This document shows positions 1-12,270 of a stretch of 64,000 nucleotides of DNA, in pieces. The first letter of the stretch is position 1. Every line of letters begins with the position of its first letter. A program made the translations under genes and the position numbers. The notes beneath the pieces are model-generated. The model made no database searches. It saw nothing but the letters and a program-made list of their open reading frames with translations, and was not told where the DNA came from. This DNA is from an uncultured delta proteobacterium (GTDB lineage: Bacteria > Desulfobacterota > Desulfobacteria > Desulfobacterales > QNYZ01): the NCBI GenBank assembly GCA_963845145.1, contig CAWJQU010000005.1:320001-384000 (forward strand), given 5' to 3'.

Positions 1-1267
1 TGATGGTGCCGGTGGGTGCGATCGTGGTCGTGGTGGCATTGCGCATGCCGCCGTTGCCCTGCTCAGCAAAGATACTGTTGTCATATTGGGGAAAATTACC
101 CCGTTGACCGGCCAAATTTTTTGAAGCGTGGCGGGTTTCTTCACGAATAAAGGCCATGATCCGTTCGGCCTCGGCGACCGCCGCTTCCGAGTTGTAGGGA
201 ATTTTTCTCTCGATCAGTAGATCGGCAAAACCCATTATCCCCAGACCGATCTTTCTCGTGGCCCGGCTCGCTTCTTCAATTTCCGGCATGGGGTAGTGGT
301 TGATTTCGACGACATTATCCAAAAAATGGATGGCGGTATGAACCGTTTGTTTTATTCGATCCCAATCGATCTTACCGGCATTCACCATGGCTGCCAGATT
401 GATTGACCCCAGGGTACAGGATTCGAAAGAAAGCAGGGGCTGTTCGCCGCAGGGGTTGGTTGCCTCGATACGGCCGGCAGTCGGCGTGGGATTGTGTCGA
501 TTGATCCGATCGATAAATAGGATGCCCGGCTCTCCGGTTTGCCAGGCAGCATCTACGATCCGATCGAATACGGCTCTGGCTGGTAGTGCTCCCACGGGCA
601 AGCCTGTCCGCGGATTGACGAGGTCGTAAGTCTGGTTAGCATCCAAAGCCGCCATGAATGGATCGGTGAGCGCCACGGACAAATTGAAATTGGTAAGACG
701 ATGCGGCGTATTTTTTGCCTGGATAAAGGCTTCGATATCGGGATGATCCACCCTGAGAACCGCCATATTGGCGCCGCTTCGCGCCCCGCCCTGTTTGACC
801 GCTTCGGTCATGGTGTCAAACACGTCCATGAAAGGCAGCGGACCGCTGGACACCCCCAATGTGGATTGAACCGTATCTTTGGCCGGACGAATATTGGAAA
901 AAGAGAAGCCGGTACCGCCACCGCTTTTATGAATCAGGGCGGTGTTTTTCAACGTTTCGAAAATACTATCCATGCTGTCTTCAATGGGCAGGACAAAACA
1001 GGCAGCCAGTTGACCCAGCTCCCGCCCGGCATTCATCAAGGTCGGTGAGTTGGGTAAAAACCACAGACGCTCCATTATTTGAGCGAAGGCCATGGTGGTT
1101 TTTTCAATACTAGCGTTGGCATCAAAATGCCGATCCGCTTTGGCCACAGCCGTGGCCACACGGGCAAACATCTCTTTGGGCGACTCGATAACCCGGCCGT
1201 CGATATTTTTATTCAAATAGCGTTTTTCAAGAATGGTTCTTGCATTATCGGTGAGTTTCTGTGGCAT
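1..1267 (-). CDS. nrdJ: Class II (adenosylcobalamin-dependent) ribonucleotide reductase, 5' part; runs off the left edge
   Basis: Hand translation from ATG at 1267: [18 protein letters not shown]...[12 protein letters not shown]...QLAACFV...GGGTG...TNPCGEQPL...CTLGSINL...RKIGLGIMG...TIAPTGTI. Absent from the ORF track because the stop lies outside the window. Confidence 0.9.
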   Translation of the reverse strand, partial: MPQKLTDNARTILEKRYLNKNIDGRVIESPKEMFARVATAVAKADRHFDANASIEKTTMAFAQIMERLWFLPNSPTLMNAGRELGQLAACFVLPIEDSMDSIFETLKNTALIHKSGGGTGFSFSNIRPAKDTVQSTLGVSSGPLPFMDVFDTMTEAVKQGGARSGANMAVLRVDHPDIEAFIQAKNTPHRLTNFNLSVALTDPFMAALDANQTYDLVNPRTGLPVGALPARAVFDRIVDAAWQTGEPGILFIDRINRHNPTPTAGRIEATNPCGEQPLLSFESCTLGSINLAAMVNAGKIDWDRIKQTVHTAIHFLDNVVEINHYPMPEIEEASRATRKIGLGIMGFADLLIERKIPYNSEAAVAEAERIMAFIREETRHASKNLAGQRGNFPQYDNSIFAEQGNGGMRNATTTTIAPTGTI

Positions 1268-1278
1268 AGCCCTAAGCG

Positions 1279-1776
1279 TTAGTTGGTTGAAGCGAGGTGC
1301 TTAAATTTAATTTTAAGGGTCTCTTCCACAAGCGGTGGAACCATTCCTTTAATATTCCCGCCGAATCGGGCGGCTTCCTTGATAATCGAAGAAGAAGTGA
1401 AGATCCACCGCAAGCCTGTCATTAGAAAAACGGTCTGGATATCTTTGTTGAGTCTTCGGTTCATCAGTGCCAATTGAAATTCGTATTCAAAATCGGATGT
1501 TGCCCGCATGCCCCTTAAAATGACATCGGCTTTTTTCTGAACCACATAATCCACCGTAAGGCCGCTGAAAGTATCAACTTTAACCCTGGAAATGCCTTTC
1601 AGGCTCTTTTCGAGTAAATCGAGCCGTTCTTTTACCGTAAAAAGGGTGTTCTTAGCGGGGTTATGTAAAATGGCCACGATCAGTTCATCAAACATGGTCA
1701 GTCCCCGCTTGATGATATCAAGATGTCCGTTGGTGACAGGATCGAACGATCCGGGATAAACAGCGATTTTAGGCAT
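1279..1776 (-). CDS. coaD: Phosphopantetheine adenylyltransferase
   Basis: [37 protein letters not shown]. Confidence 0.97.
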   Translation of the reverse strand: MPKIAVYPGSFDPVTNGHLDIIKRGLTMFDELIVAILHNPAKNTLFTVKERLDLLEKSLKGISRVKVDTFSGLTVDYVVQKKADVILRGMRATSDFEYEFQLALMNRRLNKDIQTVFLMTGLRWIFTSSSIIKEAARFGGNIKGMVPPLVEETLKIKFKHLASTN

Positions 1777-1836
1777 GGTGAGTCCTTATGATCTGAATCA
1801 GGTTGTGAGAAAATAAGCGTGCCTCTTGGCGGCGAC

Positions 1837-2390
1837 CTATAGCACGATTCGAAAAAACGATACAAGGGTTTTTCCGTATGCCCGACGGTCATCGAGGTTG
1901 AAGATGGCCGGCCACGTTTCAGGAATATCGCCGGATGCGTGTTCGATAATTATTTGGGTCTCACCGGTCGAGAGCACGGGAGTCATCAAGATGACGCAGA
2001 ATCTCGGAATCATTTGCGAACGGTAAGGGGGATCGATAAATACCAGGTTGAAGGGATGCATCCGGGATCGGATACAATTTAGATTCAGGCCCAGGTTCCA
2101 TCGAATAACATCGGTGCGCTCGGTCCAGCCGCATGCCTGGACATTTTTTTTAATCAGTGACAACGCCGTCGGTTGGTTATCGATAAAATGGCGTGCTCGG
2201 CGCCTCGACTCAGCGCTTCCAGCCCCATGGCACCCGTGCCGGCAAACAAATCCAGAACACGAGCACCGAGAATCCGGTGGGCCAGGATATTGAAAATGGA
2301 TTCACGAACCCGGTCCGCAGTTGGCCGGATGGATCGATCGGGGGGAGAAAAAAGTTTTTTGCCACGCCTGACGCCACCGATTATTCGCAA
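1837..2390 (-). CDS. rsmD: 16S rRNA m2G966 methyltransferase (split by one frameshift)
   Basis: MRIIGG...RPTADRVRESIFNIL...LDLFAGTGAMGLEALSRGA (2154..2390) plus VFIDPPY...YGKT (1837..2163); usual neighbour of coaD. Confidence 0.92.
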
Positions 2391-2411
2391 AATCAGCTTC
2401 CTTGGTTACGG

Positions 2412-3778
2412 TTAATTCTGTTCGCTAAATCGTTTCAGGCGCTTGTGTAGATAACTCCGATCGACACCGATAACCTCGGCGGTTCGGGTGATATTCTCAT
2501 CATTTTGAATGAAGTTTATTTTGGATAAATGTTTTCTCAAACGCTGCCCGGGCATCTTTAAAACCTTCCATGGTCAGAATTTGGGTCAAGAGACGACTCG
2601 GCATCGGTTAACGTTTCCGGGTTGTAGGGTGCCGGCAGATCGTCCACATCAATAGTATCTTCGGTGATCATGATGACCAGCCGTTCCACAAGGTTTTTAA
2701 GTTCCCTGACATTTCCCGGCCAGGTGTAGGCCTGTAATAATGCCAGAGCCACCGCCGCCATTTTTTTTGATGTTTCCCGGGTCTGCTGGGAATTTTCTTC
2801 CAGAAAAGTTTGAACAAGCAAGGGGATATCGGTTATACGCTCCCTCAGCGCCGGGACGTAGATTGGTATGACATTTAGCCGATAGTATAGATCCTCGCGA
2901 AAATGGCCGGCTTCAATCTCTTTTTCCAGATCTTTATTGCTCGCGGCAATAACCCTGAAATCAATTTGAATGGTCCGAGTGCCACCCACGCGCTGAAATT
3001 GCCGTTCCTGCAGCACACGTAAAATTTTGGCCTGGGTTTTCAGGCTCATGTCGCCGATTTCGTCAAGAAAGATCGTGCCGTTACCGGTCAATTCAAATTT
3101 TCCGCGCTTTTTTTCCGTAGCACCGGTAAAAGCCCCCTTCTCGTGACCGAATAATTCACTTTCGATCAACTCTTCCGGAATGGCGGCGCAATTGACATCG
3201 ATCATCGGTTGGGAGGCCCGATGGCTTAGCTGGTGAATGGTGCGGGCCACGAGTTCTTTGCCGACACCGTTTTCACCGGTAATTAAAATCCAGGAGTCTG
3301 CCGGCGCTGCCATTGCAATTTGCTGTTTCAGGGCTATCACCGCCGGGCTGTTTCCGGTGATGGAATTTTTTTCCAATGTTTTTTTGCGTAAATAGCGATT
3401 TTCCTCTTCCAATCGCCGATAGTTCAACGCATTATTGATGGATACGATGACTTTGTCGATGGAGAGCGGTTTTTCGATCAAGTCATACGCGCCCAATTTG
3501 ATGGCCCTGACGGCCGTTTCGATAGTCCCGTGCCCGGTAATGATAATCACTTGAAGAAATGGGTGGTCTTTTTTGATTTCCTTTAGGGTTTCGATACCAT
3601 CAATGCCCGGCATCCAGATATCGAGCATGACCAGATCCGGTGATTCCGTTTCAATTACTTTTAATGCCTCGTACCCGTTAAAGGCGGAAAGGGTATTAAA
3701 CCCCTCGTCGGATAGAATTCCGGTAAGGGATTGAACAATGGAAGGTTCATCATCAACAATGAGAATTGATGGTTGCAT
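2412..3778 (-). CDS. ntrX: Sigma-54-dependent response regulator, NtrX/NtrC family (C-terminal HTH frameshifted)
   Basis: REC domain, GENGVGKE, ESELFGHEKGAFTGA, WPGNVREL; Fis-type HTH (NITRTAEVIGVDRSYLHKRLK) continues out of frame to a stop at 2412. Confidence 0.88.
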
Positions 3779-3878
3779 TATTTTTCCTTCATGATCTGGT
3801 TACCTTGCAAATTCCAGTAATCCGATTTCATGGGTCGGTCCAGTAAAATCCCTAATCCCAAGTATAAAAAGATCTGCG

Positions 3879-6148
3879 TTACATGGGTAATTCAATCACG
3901 AATTTTGATCCTTTGGGTTGGTTATCCAAGACCCGTATCATCCCCTTGTGATCCATAACAATGGAGTTGACTATAGTCAGCCCCAACCCCATCCCGGCAC
4001 TTTTAGTGGAAAAGTTGGGTTCAAACAAGACGGGTTTTATCTTCATCGGAAATTCCCGGTCCATTATCGGCCACTTCCAGGCGGATCATCTCCAGAATCG
4101 GGTCCTGGGTCAAACTGATCACGATACTTCCCTTTATTTTTCAAGGCGGCAACGGCATTATCGACCAGGTTAATCAGCGCCTGTTTGATCTGTTGGCGGT
4201 CAATATTAATCTTCGGGCATTTTTTCAAGAGACACTAATAATAAAATTAACTTCCGGATGGCCTTCTTTATATAAAGCAACGGTTTCTTCGATAATCTCC
4301 GGCAGATAATATGGTTTTGGGTTGGCCATGGGAAATTTGGCAAAAGCCGAAAACTCATTGACCAGGTTGCGGATCAACTCCACATGGTCGATGATCATCT
4401 GGGTACATTCTTCGAAAATCGGTTCATCGATGTTTTGCCGCATACCTTCTTTTTAGCCGTTGAGCGGATAATGCAATCGGTGTCAACGGGTTTTTAACCT
4501 CATGGGCGATCCGGCGGGCGACCTCCCGCCAGGCTGCCATTCGTTCCGCCTTTTCCAGATCGGTCGAGATCGTCAAATACCACTACCATCCCACGGGCTC
4601 TCCGGTTTCAGTTTTTAAGGGCATTGATATGCAGAATAAAGCTTCTTCGGCTGACGGTTGATACTCAATCGTAAGCGGACGATCAACCGTGTCGTCATGG
4701 GTATAATTGAGATCTTCGATAACGTCTTCGGCCAGATCCAAGTGTTGCCCCGCGAAGCAGTTCATGATACGGTTGGTTAATAATGGTTGATGCATCCAGG
4801 TCGAGCAGACGTTCGGCCGCTTTGTTGATCGTTTGGACAAACCCTCGGCGTCGATGGAAATGACACCCGCGGAAACATTGCTTAAGTACGATCTCCATAT
4901 ATCGCCGTCTTTGTTCGATTTCACGGTTTTGCTCCCTTAATTTATTAGCGGAATCCTCTAGTTGTTGGCGGCTGGCCCGTAAATCGCCGGTCATATGGTT
5001 AAACGAGTCCACGAGACTCCCGATTTCATCATCACCGATTCGCGCAATGGTAAACCCGAGATCTCCCTCAGCTACCCGCCGGGTGCCCTCGGCGAGATTT
5101 TGAATCGGAATACTGATCGACTTGGCAAGATAAAACCCAAACCAGACGGCACAAAATACAACCAGCAATGCCACAATGGACAAGTAATGTAGTAGGTGCT
5201 CCGCACTGGATCTTTCAATAGCTTCATTTGCTGATATTCGTCGAATCCCTTGGAAATGGAACCCATATTATCCGTTAATTCCGGCGGAATAATGCTGGTG
5301 ATAACCACGAAAGCTTCGATGCGATCACCTGTCTCGGCAAAAGGGACGGTTCCGATGGTTCGATACAGATCCCCGGTTTCTCCATCTTCGGAGATAGATC
5401 GTATCTTTTTTTCGGGATTGGTTTTTAATAACCGGTCAGCGGGGACTGGCTTAAGGCCGCCGGAATCGAAATTTCGGACCAAGGGATGCGGTAATTAATT
5501 TGGCTTTAGCGGTGTAGATTTCAACGCCGCTAAAATTTAATGACCGCTGAACCACCTGGATATATCGGGTTAAGATTTTTCCTTTGTTTTTATCAAGCAA
5601 TTTTTGAGATTTAAGCTGATAGGCGATCCGTTCCAGGAAAAACCGGTGATGATTTTCGATGTTATGAGTAAAGCTGTTGGCCGATTCGCAGTGAATTTTC
5701 AAGCGCCTGTTCCACGGGCGCATTGAACCAGAAAGTAATGCTTGTGGTAATAAACCAAAGCGAAAAAAAGAATAAGACGCCGGCGGGCAGCAACGTCAAT
5801 GTGATAAAAGCAGTGACCAGGCGGGTGCGCAGTTTTGACCCGAGAACTTTACGTTTGCGATCGTAAAGCAGTTTAACCAGGTTGCGAAAGACAAGGAAAA
5901 TAAGCAGCAGAAGCAAAAGCAAATTGACATTCATCAGGCTGAACATCAACAAGGCATTGGAGATGGGAATTTCTGCGCCAAAATGAAAAAGCTTGAATTC
6001 AATCCAGGTGAAAAATGATCAGAACGATAATAACGATGGCGATGATGAGTCAATTCCCGTCTACGATGTCTTTTTTCATCACTGCTGGAGGATTTTGAGG
6101 ATTTAAACCTGTTTTTCCCTTTTTTGGGAACCGGGGGGGATTGTGCAT
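3879..6148 (-). CDS. ntrY: NtrY-like membrane sensor histidine kinase (HAMP-PAS-HisKA-HATPase), several frameshifts; start approximate
   Basis: Fragments LRTRLVTAF, HAMP (PIQNLAEGTRRVAEGDL...DEIGSLVDSFNHM), AWREVARRIAHEVKNPLTPI near 4480-4540, GMGLGL; directly upstream of ntrX. Confidence 0.85.
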
Positions 6149-6156
6149 CTATTTGA

Positions 6157-6839
6157 TTAGTAGATAAAGTCAATCGTATACCAATCGGTTTCAAAATCCC
6201 AGAGGGAAACAAAAAACAAGACGTAATGCAGATAAAGCGGTAGCTTGATCTTGTTCAGTTCTGCCTTGGCCCTGATTTGATATTGCTGACCCTTGATCAG
6301 CTGGTCCAAAGAAACCACTTTCAAGTTGTCCACGGCTGCCATCAGTTTTTGGGCATTGGGAAAAGTGTTTACCATGGCTGGCGGAGCTATTTTCCCAGGA
6401 TCGATTGATGGTGAATTCATTTTTCAGCCGATTAAATTTGATCGAGTGGGTAATCGTCAGGTCGGCCACTTTTTTATCGAACCAGAAAGAACGATTTCGA
6501 TACAGAGAGATAAAAAATGAAAATGTTGACGGTACGCCGCTCAAAATGGCCTCTTTCATTTTCGGAGGGAACGCCCCTTCCACGTTCAGGTAGATCAAGC
6601 AGGTCGTCACGGGTATTGGTTACAATGATATCATTCAGTCTCGCCTTGGACGCCAATGCCATGGGCGCGCTGAAGAGTCCAGCCAGGATAGCCAGCAAAA
6701 TTGTCATGGCGATCAACCTAACGATCCCTGCAAAGGCGTTCGGCCCTATTTTTTTCCTTTTTCCGTTTCCGATTTCAATATCGGATTTATTCGTTAGTGT
6801 GTCCATTATTCGAAGTAAAGCGGTGATACACGGATTCAT
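6157..6839 (-). CDS. DUF4390-like periplasmic protein (frameshifted)
   Basis: Fragments AILSGVPSTFSFFISLYR and C-terminal SLWDFETDWY; position upstream of ntrY is typical. Confidence 0.7.
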
Positions 6840-7091
6840 CTTTATCCAACTAATTGGTATTCATTCAACGTAAACAGAATCCGGTATCGATTATTAACCC
6901 TTCTTTAGTGTACATTTTCCCCGGTCAACACCGGGTTGGTTTTTTATAACAATGTATCGTCTGTCATTACGATCATAAGGTCGGTAGAAATAATATCGGA
7001 CCCGGCCAAAAATGGCAAGCGATTAAAAAATGATAAGTGATTTCGGCCGGTTCAGACGCGTTACCGCACAATCGTATAATTCGATCAAGCC

Positions 7092-8321
7092 CTATGGCGC
7101 CAGGGTTACCCTTAGCCGATCAACGGGCATTTCGTGAATGGTGATATTGAGTGACTTGACGGTGGCTTTTTTCAAGTCAGCGGCCATCTGCTTTAGCGAC
7201 CCCTTGAAGTAAACCACCAGAATGGCTGTCGGCGGCGTCAAGGCCTTCACTTGCATATGCGTGACGTTCGGCATTGTATTCAATGCCTTGCGCAAAGCCA
7301 CAAAGTTCCGCAGTTGGTCGGTACCGCGGACTTCGATCGTAATGGGCGTTGGGGTCGCTTCATCGGGGCGCTGTTGATGAAAAGCCAGCTGTGGTGCCAG
7401 GTCCTCGGCAACGTTTTTGGCCAATAGCGTAAGGACACTTTTTCCGCCCGTCGCATCATCGGTATTAACGGTAACAGCATCGGTATGCGAAATGCCTATC
7501 TGCGCGCCTGTATCCGTACGGTAGGCCCGTACCGTCAGTGTCCCCTGATATGTTTTTAAGTCGGTTACACGCGTATCTTTGGCGGTAATGGCTGTCGCCT
7601 TGCCGGTTATGACAATTTCGGCCTGGTATTGCCGCCCGATTTCAGCCGCCGTCACCGCATTAAGATCCATGGGGTAATCCTTTTCAACAACCGCTTTTTG
7701 GTGATCGGCGATGACATACCCCCTGTCTTCAAATTCCCGAGCCAGAGCACTATCCGCAATTCCGCCCACAAAGGCCCCATCGGTATGCCACCAAAATCTG
7801 GGGAGGCTATCACCGACGTTTTGTTCGGCGATGAGAAAGATCAGCATCGGCTTGGGGGCCTTTTGCTTCAACAGGCCGGCCCCGTCGATAGCGGTCTTTA
7901 ATTGGGATTCGGAAACAATCGCCTGAATCAAGACACGGTAACCTCGGTCGGTCGATTTTTCAGCCAGTACTTTATATGTTCGAACAAACGTTTCCGCCCG
8001 TTGATCAACTAAAGCGGCAATCTCATCAAATCGGTTGGCCATTAAATCCGGCGGAACGATCTTCAGCGCTTTGAGAGCCACGACCGTATTTAATGCATCG
8101 GAAATCGCCGCTTCCCTTGCCTCGGTGAGATTTTTTCCCGTATTTGGACTTTTACCAATGACCAGGATTGATTGCCCCGGTTTATCGACTTGACCATGAA
8201 CCGTCGTAACAGCCAGTACCAACATGATACCGATGAGCAGGCCAATCATGACACGATGGTGGGCGTACAGATGAATGCGCATCATCAATTCCTTCCCCTT
8301 ATTGATTCCGCACCAGGGCAT
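7092..8321 (-). CDS. Exported protein, flagellar assembly protein T (FlgT)-like N-terminus; function unknown
   Basis: Signal-like hydrophobic stretch, AREAAISDAL motif, 409-aa intact ORF. Confidence 0.5.
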   Translation of the reverse strand: MPWCGINKGKELMMRIHLYAHHRVMIGLLIGIMLVLAVTTVHGQVDKPGQSILVIGKSPNTGKNLTEAREAAISDALNTVVALKALKIVPPDLMANRFDEIAALVDQRAETFVRTYKVLAEKSTDRGYRVLIQAIVSESQLKTAIDGAGLLKQKAPKPMLIFLIAEQNVGDSLPRFWWHTDGAFVGGIADSALAREFEDRGYVIADHQKAVVEKDYPMDLNAVTAAEIGRQYQAEIVITGKATAITAKDTRVTDLKTYQGTLTVRAYRTDTGAQIGISHTDAVTVNTDDATGGKSVLTLLAKNVAEDLAPQLAFHQQRPDEATPTPITIEVRGTDQLRNFVALRKALNTMPNVTHMQVKALTPPTAILVVYFKGSLKQMAADLKKATVKSLNITIHEMPVDRLRVTLAP

Positions 8322-9315
8322 AATCGGCGATATCCTTTAAAATATCCTTTGCCTGTGATGGCGGGAACAGGTCAAGGGCATTTTTTGCCTGATCGATGTA
8401 TTGTTCAGCCAGTCGATGCGTATACTCAAGACCCTTTAGGCGCTGCAATAAAGCGACTATTCGAACAAACGCCGTTTTTGAAACATCGAAATTCCCGATC
8501 ATGGCGGCTATTTTTTCTTTATCCGCGCCATCAGCGCGTTCAAGGGCTTTGATGACTGGAAGGGTTAACTTGCCCTCTTTTAAATCCGTGCCGATGCCCT
8601 TACCCCAATTATCGACATCCCCGGTATAGTCGAGCAGGTCATCGGTCATCTGAAAAGCCATGCCCAGATTCAGGCCGTAATCGGAAAGGGCTTTAACGTG
8701 TGAAACGGCCGCATCGGCGATCAATCCTCCCACCCGGCAAGCCCCCTGAAACAAGACAGCGGTTTTACAATGAATGATCTCAAGATACTCGGCTTCGGTC
8801 AAATCGACCCGCCCTTTTTTATCGAGCTGATCGATCTCGCCCTGGGACATCTGCTCAGTGATATCAACGATTGTGCGCACCACTTCCAGGTTTCCGGTCA
8901 GGGCTGAAACAGCCAGGGCCCGGGCTAGAAGGAAATCACCGGTGAGCACCGCCGTTTCATTGCCATAGGTCGTATATGCCGCTGGTTTTCCCCGGCGCAG
9001 CGTTCCCTGGTCAATCAAATCGTCATGTAAAAGGGTGGCGGCATGCAAGTATTCAAACGAAACCGCATATATGTTTTGGTTATTGCCGCTATAACCGCAG
9101 AGCCTGGCACAAATGATCATGAGCAACGGCCTCAGCCGCTTGCCACCGGCAAAGAGTATATGCCCAGCGACCTTATTCACCAGCTTGAATCGCGGGTGAA
9201 GGTTGTTGGCCAGTTCAACTTCAATGGCCCTCAAATCGTCTTTAACGCCGGTTAAAATCTGAGTTTTTAAAGACTCGGCCCGTTTTTTCACCGGTTGGAT
9301 TATTGGTTTATTCAT
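8299..9315 (-). CDS. ispB: Polyprenyl (octaprenyl-type) diphosphate synthase
   Basis: GGKRLRP, LLHDDLID..LRRG, FQMTDDLLD, DLKEGK. Confidence 0.9.
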   Translation of the reverse strand: MNKPIIQPVKKRAESLKTQILTGVKDDLRAIEVELANNLHPRFKLVNKVAGHILFAGGKRLRPLLMIICARLCGYSGNNQNIYAVSFEYLHAATLLHDDLIDQGTLRRGKPAAYTTYGNETAVLTGDFLLARALAVSALTGNLEVVRTIVDITEQMSQGEIDQLDKKGRVDLTEAEYLEIIHCKTAVLFQGACRVGGLIADAAVSHVKALSDYGLNLGMAFQMTDDLLDYTGDVDNWGKGIGTDLKEGKLTLPVIKALERADGADKEKIAAMIGNFDVSKTAFVRIVALLQRLKGLEYTHRLAEQYIDQAKNALDLFPPSQAKDILKDIADYALVRNQ

Positions 9316-9336
9316 TATCTGTTCTCCGAAACGATA

Positions 9337-10663
9337 TTAACCACACACCTCACCAATAAGATCGTATTCCATGGCATCAATGATCTTTACAGATATAAAC
9401 TCGCCGATCACGGGGTGAATGCCGGTTTTCCCCCGGATATAAGTGACACCGTCAACTTCCGGAGCCTGAAATGCGGTTCGCCCCAGCCAGAGACCGTCTT
9501 CAGGCGCTTCTTCAACGAGGACATCCATCTTTTTTCCAAGATGACCACGATTTTTCTCGGTTGATATGACCATTTGAAGGGACATCAGCCGATCATACCG
9601 TTTTTGGGCGATTTCATGTGGAACCGGATTGGGAAGACGGTGGGATATCAGGTCTTCGGCGTCCGAATACATGAAAACGCCCAAGTGGTCAAAGCGTATC
9701 CGGGAAATAAAGTCCGCCAATTGATCAAAATCGTTTTCGGTTTCGCCGGGAAATCCGGTGAGTATTGTTGTGCGCAAGGCGGCTTCCGGAATGCGACGGC
9801 GAATCCGGGTAAAAAGATCGAAAAGAGCTGAACGATCATACCCCCTCCCCATTGTTTTCAGGATCGAATCACTGGCATGCTGAATGGGAAGGTCAAAATA
9901 GGGCACCAACCCGGGCGTTTCGGCAATTGTCTCAATAACATCCATGGACAAACTTTGGGGGTGACCGTAAAGAAAGCGAATCCACACCCGGCGGGACAAG
10001 CGGCTCAGGGCCTGCAGCAAGTCGGCCAGGCCGGCGCCTTGGGATTGGTCGTTTCCATAGTGCGTCGTTTCCTGGGCAACCAGGACCAGTTCTTTAACGC
10101 CCGCCGCTATCATGGCTTGGGCTTCTTTTACAATATCAGACTAGTTTCCGACTTTTTTGACGCCCCCTCAGCCTGGGGATCACACAATAGGTGCAATTGC
10201 GATTACACCCCTCGGCAATTTTGACATAACCCATGGGTTTGGGGTCTATCAGCCTGGCATTTTCATGACGTGAAACGTCAATCGTATCCGGGTCCGGTAA
10301 CAGGCATGACCTTTTCGCCGAAAAATCGTTAACAGCTTGAATAATCCGATCATAAGCGCCGGTACCCAAAAAAACATCCACCTCGGTTAAGGCGTCCCGG
10401 GTGGCTTCACGGTAGCGTTCAGGAAGACAGCCCGTCACGATCAATCGCCGGCAGACCCCCTTGTGCTTGAATTCAGCCAGCGCCAATATGGTATCGATCG
10501 ATTCATCAGCCGCCGATTCGATAAAACTGCAGGTATTGACCACAATGACATGGGCCTGGGCCGGCTCGTCCACCAGCGTCCATCCCGCGCGGGTCAATCT
10601 GCCTGCCATGTCCATGGTGTCCACCTGGTTGCGGGCACACCCCAGTGTGGCAAGATGGACCAT
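9337..10663 (-). CDS. rimO: Ribosomal protein S12 methylthiotransferase (one frameshift)
   Basis: LGCARNQVD, NTCSFIESA, radical SAM EGCNRNCTYCVIP, APEVDG in the TRAM domain. Confidence 0.93.
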
Positions 10664-10673
10664 ATTTAAATTT

Positions 10674-10689
10674 TGGCACGGTAAATGCA
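10674..10689 (+). promoter_or_regulatory. Candidate sigma-54 (-24/-12) promoter for the downstream EPS-like operon
   Basis: TGGCACGGTAAATGCA: GG and GC separated by 10 nt, about 190 bp upstream of the ORF at 10876. Confidence 0.45.
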
Positions 10690-10875
10690 TTTAGTTGAAC
10701 TATAATTTTGGCTAAAAAAGGCTATAAGTCGATTGTCTGGTTACACACCATCCATTTCCCGGCAACCAACACCTGCCGGGGAATAAAAAAATGTAACACA
10801 TACCGGGGCCAGATTAAACCTTAATTGAAGGATATATGGGCGGTTATGAACCCGTCTTAACTTACTTTTAATATA

Positions 10876-12267
10876 ATGAATCTTGTATATCTTGCCATAG
10901 ATCAGCAGGTTAGGGTTGCTTATGAGGGAACCGATATTCCCATTAAGCTATACTCCGACTTTCTCACTTATTCCCAAGAGCGTATTCCAGCCATTGGCTT
11001 CATCATTGATACGGAAAATGGGGAAAAAGGGTTAGCCGCATTAAGGGAACTGCGTAAGAATCCGGAAACGGCGGCAAAACCGATTTTTTTAACCCGCTCT
11101 TTGGGGATAATGGGGGATCATTTCAGTGATGGGGTGGTGACCACGGTCACTGATGCCTACGATCAGTCGAAAGCAATCCATCAAATGATTGAAGAGTTGG
11201 TTCCCGAAATCTTCAGTCCCACGGAAAGCGATGTGTATCGTCTGTTGGGCTTTCTCTATTCCAGACCCGAGATGAACCTCACCCCTGTGAAGCACTGGAC
11301 TTTTCAAAAACTGTACGCCTTTCCTCTGGTACAAACCATGCTCCTTCTTCCCGAAGATGGAACCGACCAATGGTTAAATAACCTGAAAAGCAGGCGGCTC
11401 CTGCGTGAATCGACGCTGATTGACCGGCTGCGGCATTGCGCCAAATGTGATGGTGTTCATCTGAATTTCATTGATGTGTGCCCCAGCTGCACGGATCTTG
11501 ATATTAACCAGAAACCGTTTTTGCATTGCTTTACCTGCGGTCATGTGGCGCCCGAGGATAAATTTATGATCCACGGTGGCCTCAATTGCCCCGGCTGCGC
11601 CGCCCGCCTTCGGCATATCGGAACTGATTACGACCGTCCCCTGGAAAACCATTATTGCAACGCCTGTGGCCACAATTTTATTGAGCCCCAGGTGCTTGCC
11701 CACTGTCAGCATTGCGATGTTAAAAATACACCGGAAGACCTGGTGCCTATCCAGGTATTTTCACTGGAGATTACCGAAAGGGGCCGTATGGCCGTGCGAA
11801 GCGGTAGCCTTATGGATGTCGTGGAACTGCCCGATTTGCAAAACGCCCTTGAAACCACCCATTTCGAATTTATCGTCGACTGGTCTTTAGCCTTGTGTCA
11901 ACGATATGAGGATGAACGGTTCGGCATGATCGGCATCCGTCTGAGGAACATTATCGAATTGACCGACAAAATCGGGCAATACCGGGTTACGGAGTTGATC
12001 GACGGATTTATCAGCCGTATTCGAATCGATTCCACCGATTTAATTACGCGCACGGGTCAATACAATTTTTGGATCATGCTACCCAAAGCCAACGCCGATG
12101 GCTGCGAAATCGTCCTTAACCGGTTAACCGAAGTGAAGGTACAGACGAGACAAGAGGAAGATGTCACCCTGGAATTTGATGCGGTCACTTTCAATGCACC
12201 GGCTGATATCCAAGCCGATGAATCCGCCAATCAACTGATGGCCCGTCTTGAAAGGGAGATGGAATAA
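10876..12267 (+). CDS. Multi-Zn-ribbon (TackOD1-like) protein with degenerate C-terminal GGDEF-like domain
   Basis: Six CxxC pairs (CAKC, CPSC, CFTC, CPGC, CNAC, CQHC); C-terminal STDLITRTGQYNFWIMLP in place of RxGGDEF. Confidence 0.65.
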   Translation: MNLVYLAIDQQVRVAYEGTDIPIKLYSDFLTYSQERIPAIGFIIDTENGEKGLAALRELRKNPETAAKPIFLTRSLGIMGDHFSDGVVTTVTDAYDQSKAIHQMIEELVPEIFSPTESDVYRLLGFLYSRPEMNLTPVKHWTFQKLYAFPLVQTMLLLPEDGTDQWLNNLKSRRLLRESTLIDRLRHCAKCDGVHLNFIDVCPSCTDLDINQKPFLHCFTCGHVAPEDKFMIHGGLNCPGCAARLRHIGTDYDRPLENHYCNACGHNFIEPQVLAHCQHCDVKNTPEDLVPIQVFSLEITERGRMAVRSGSLMDVVELPDLQNALETTHFEFIVDWSLALCQRYEDERFGMIGIRLRNIIELTDKIGQYRVTELIDGFISRIRIDSTDLITRTGQYNFWIMLPKANADGCEIVLNRLTEVKVQTRQEEDVTLEFDAVTFNAPADIQADESANQLMARLEREME

Positions 12268-12270
12268 GCC

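Noticed and set aside
1..1267. Intein or intron in the ribonucleotide reductase
   Set aside because: The visible part translates continuously through the expected motifs with no insertion.
11430..11720. Multiheme cytochrome c in the Cys-rich protein
   Set aside because: Motifs are CxxC or CxxCGH, not CxxCH, and there is no signal peptide.
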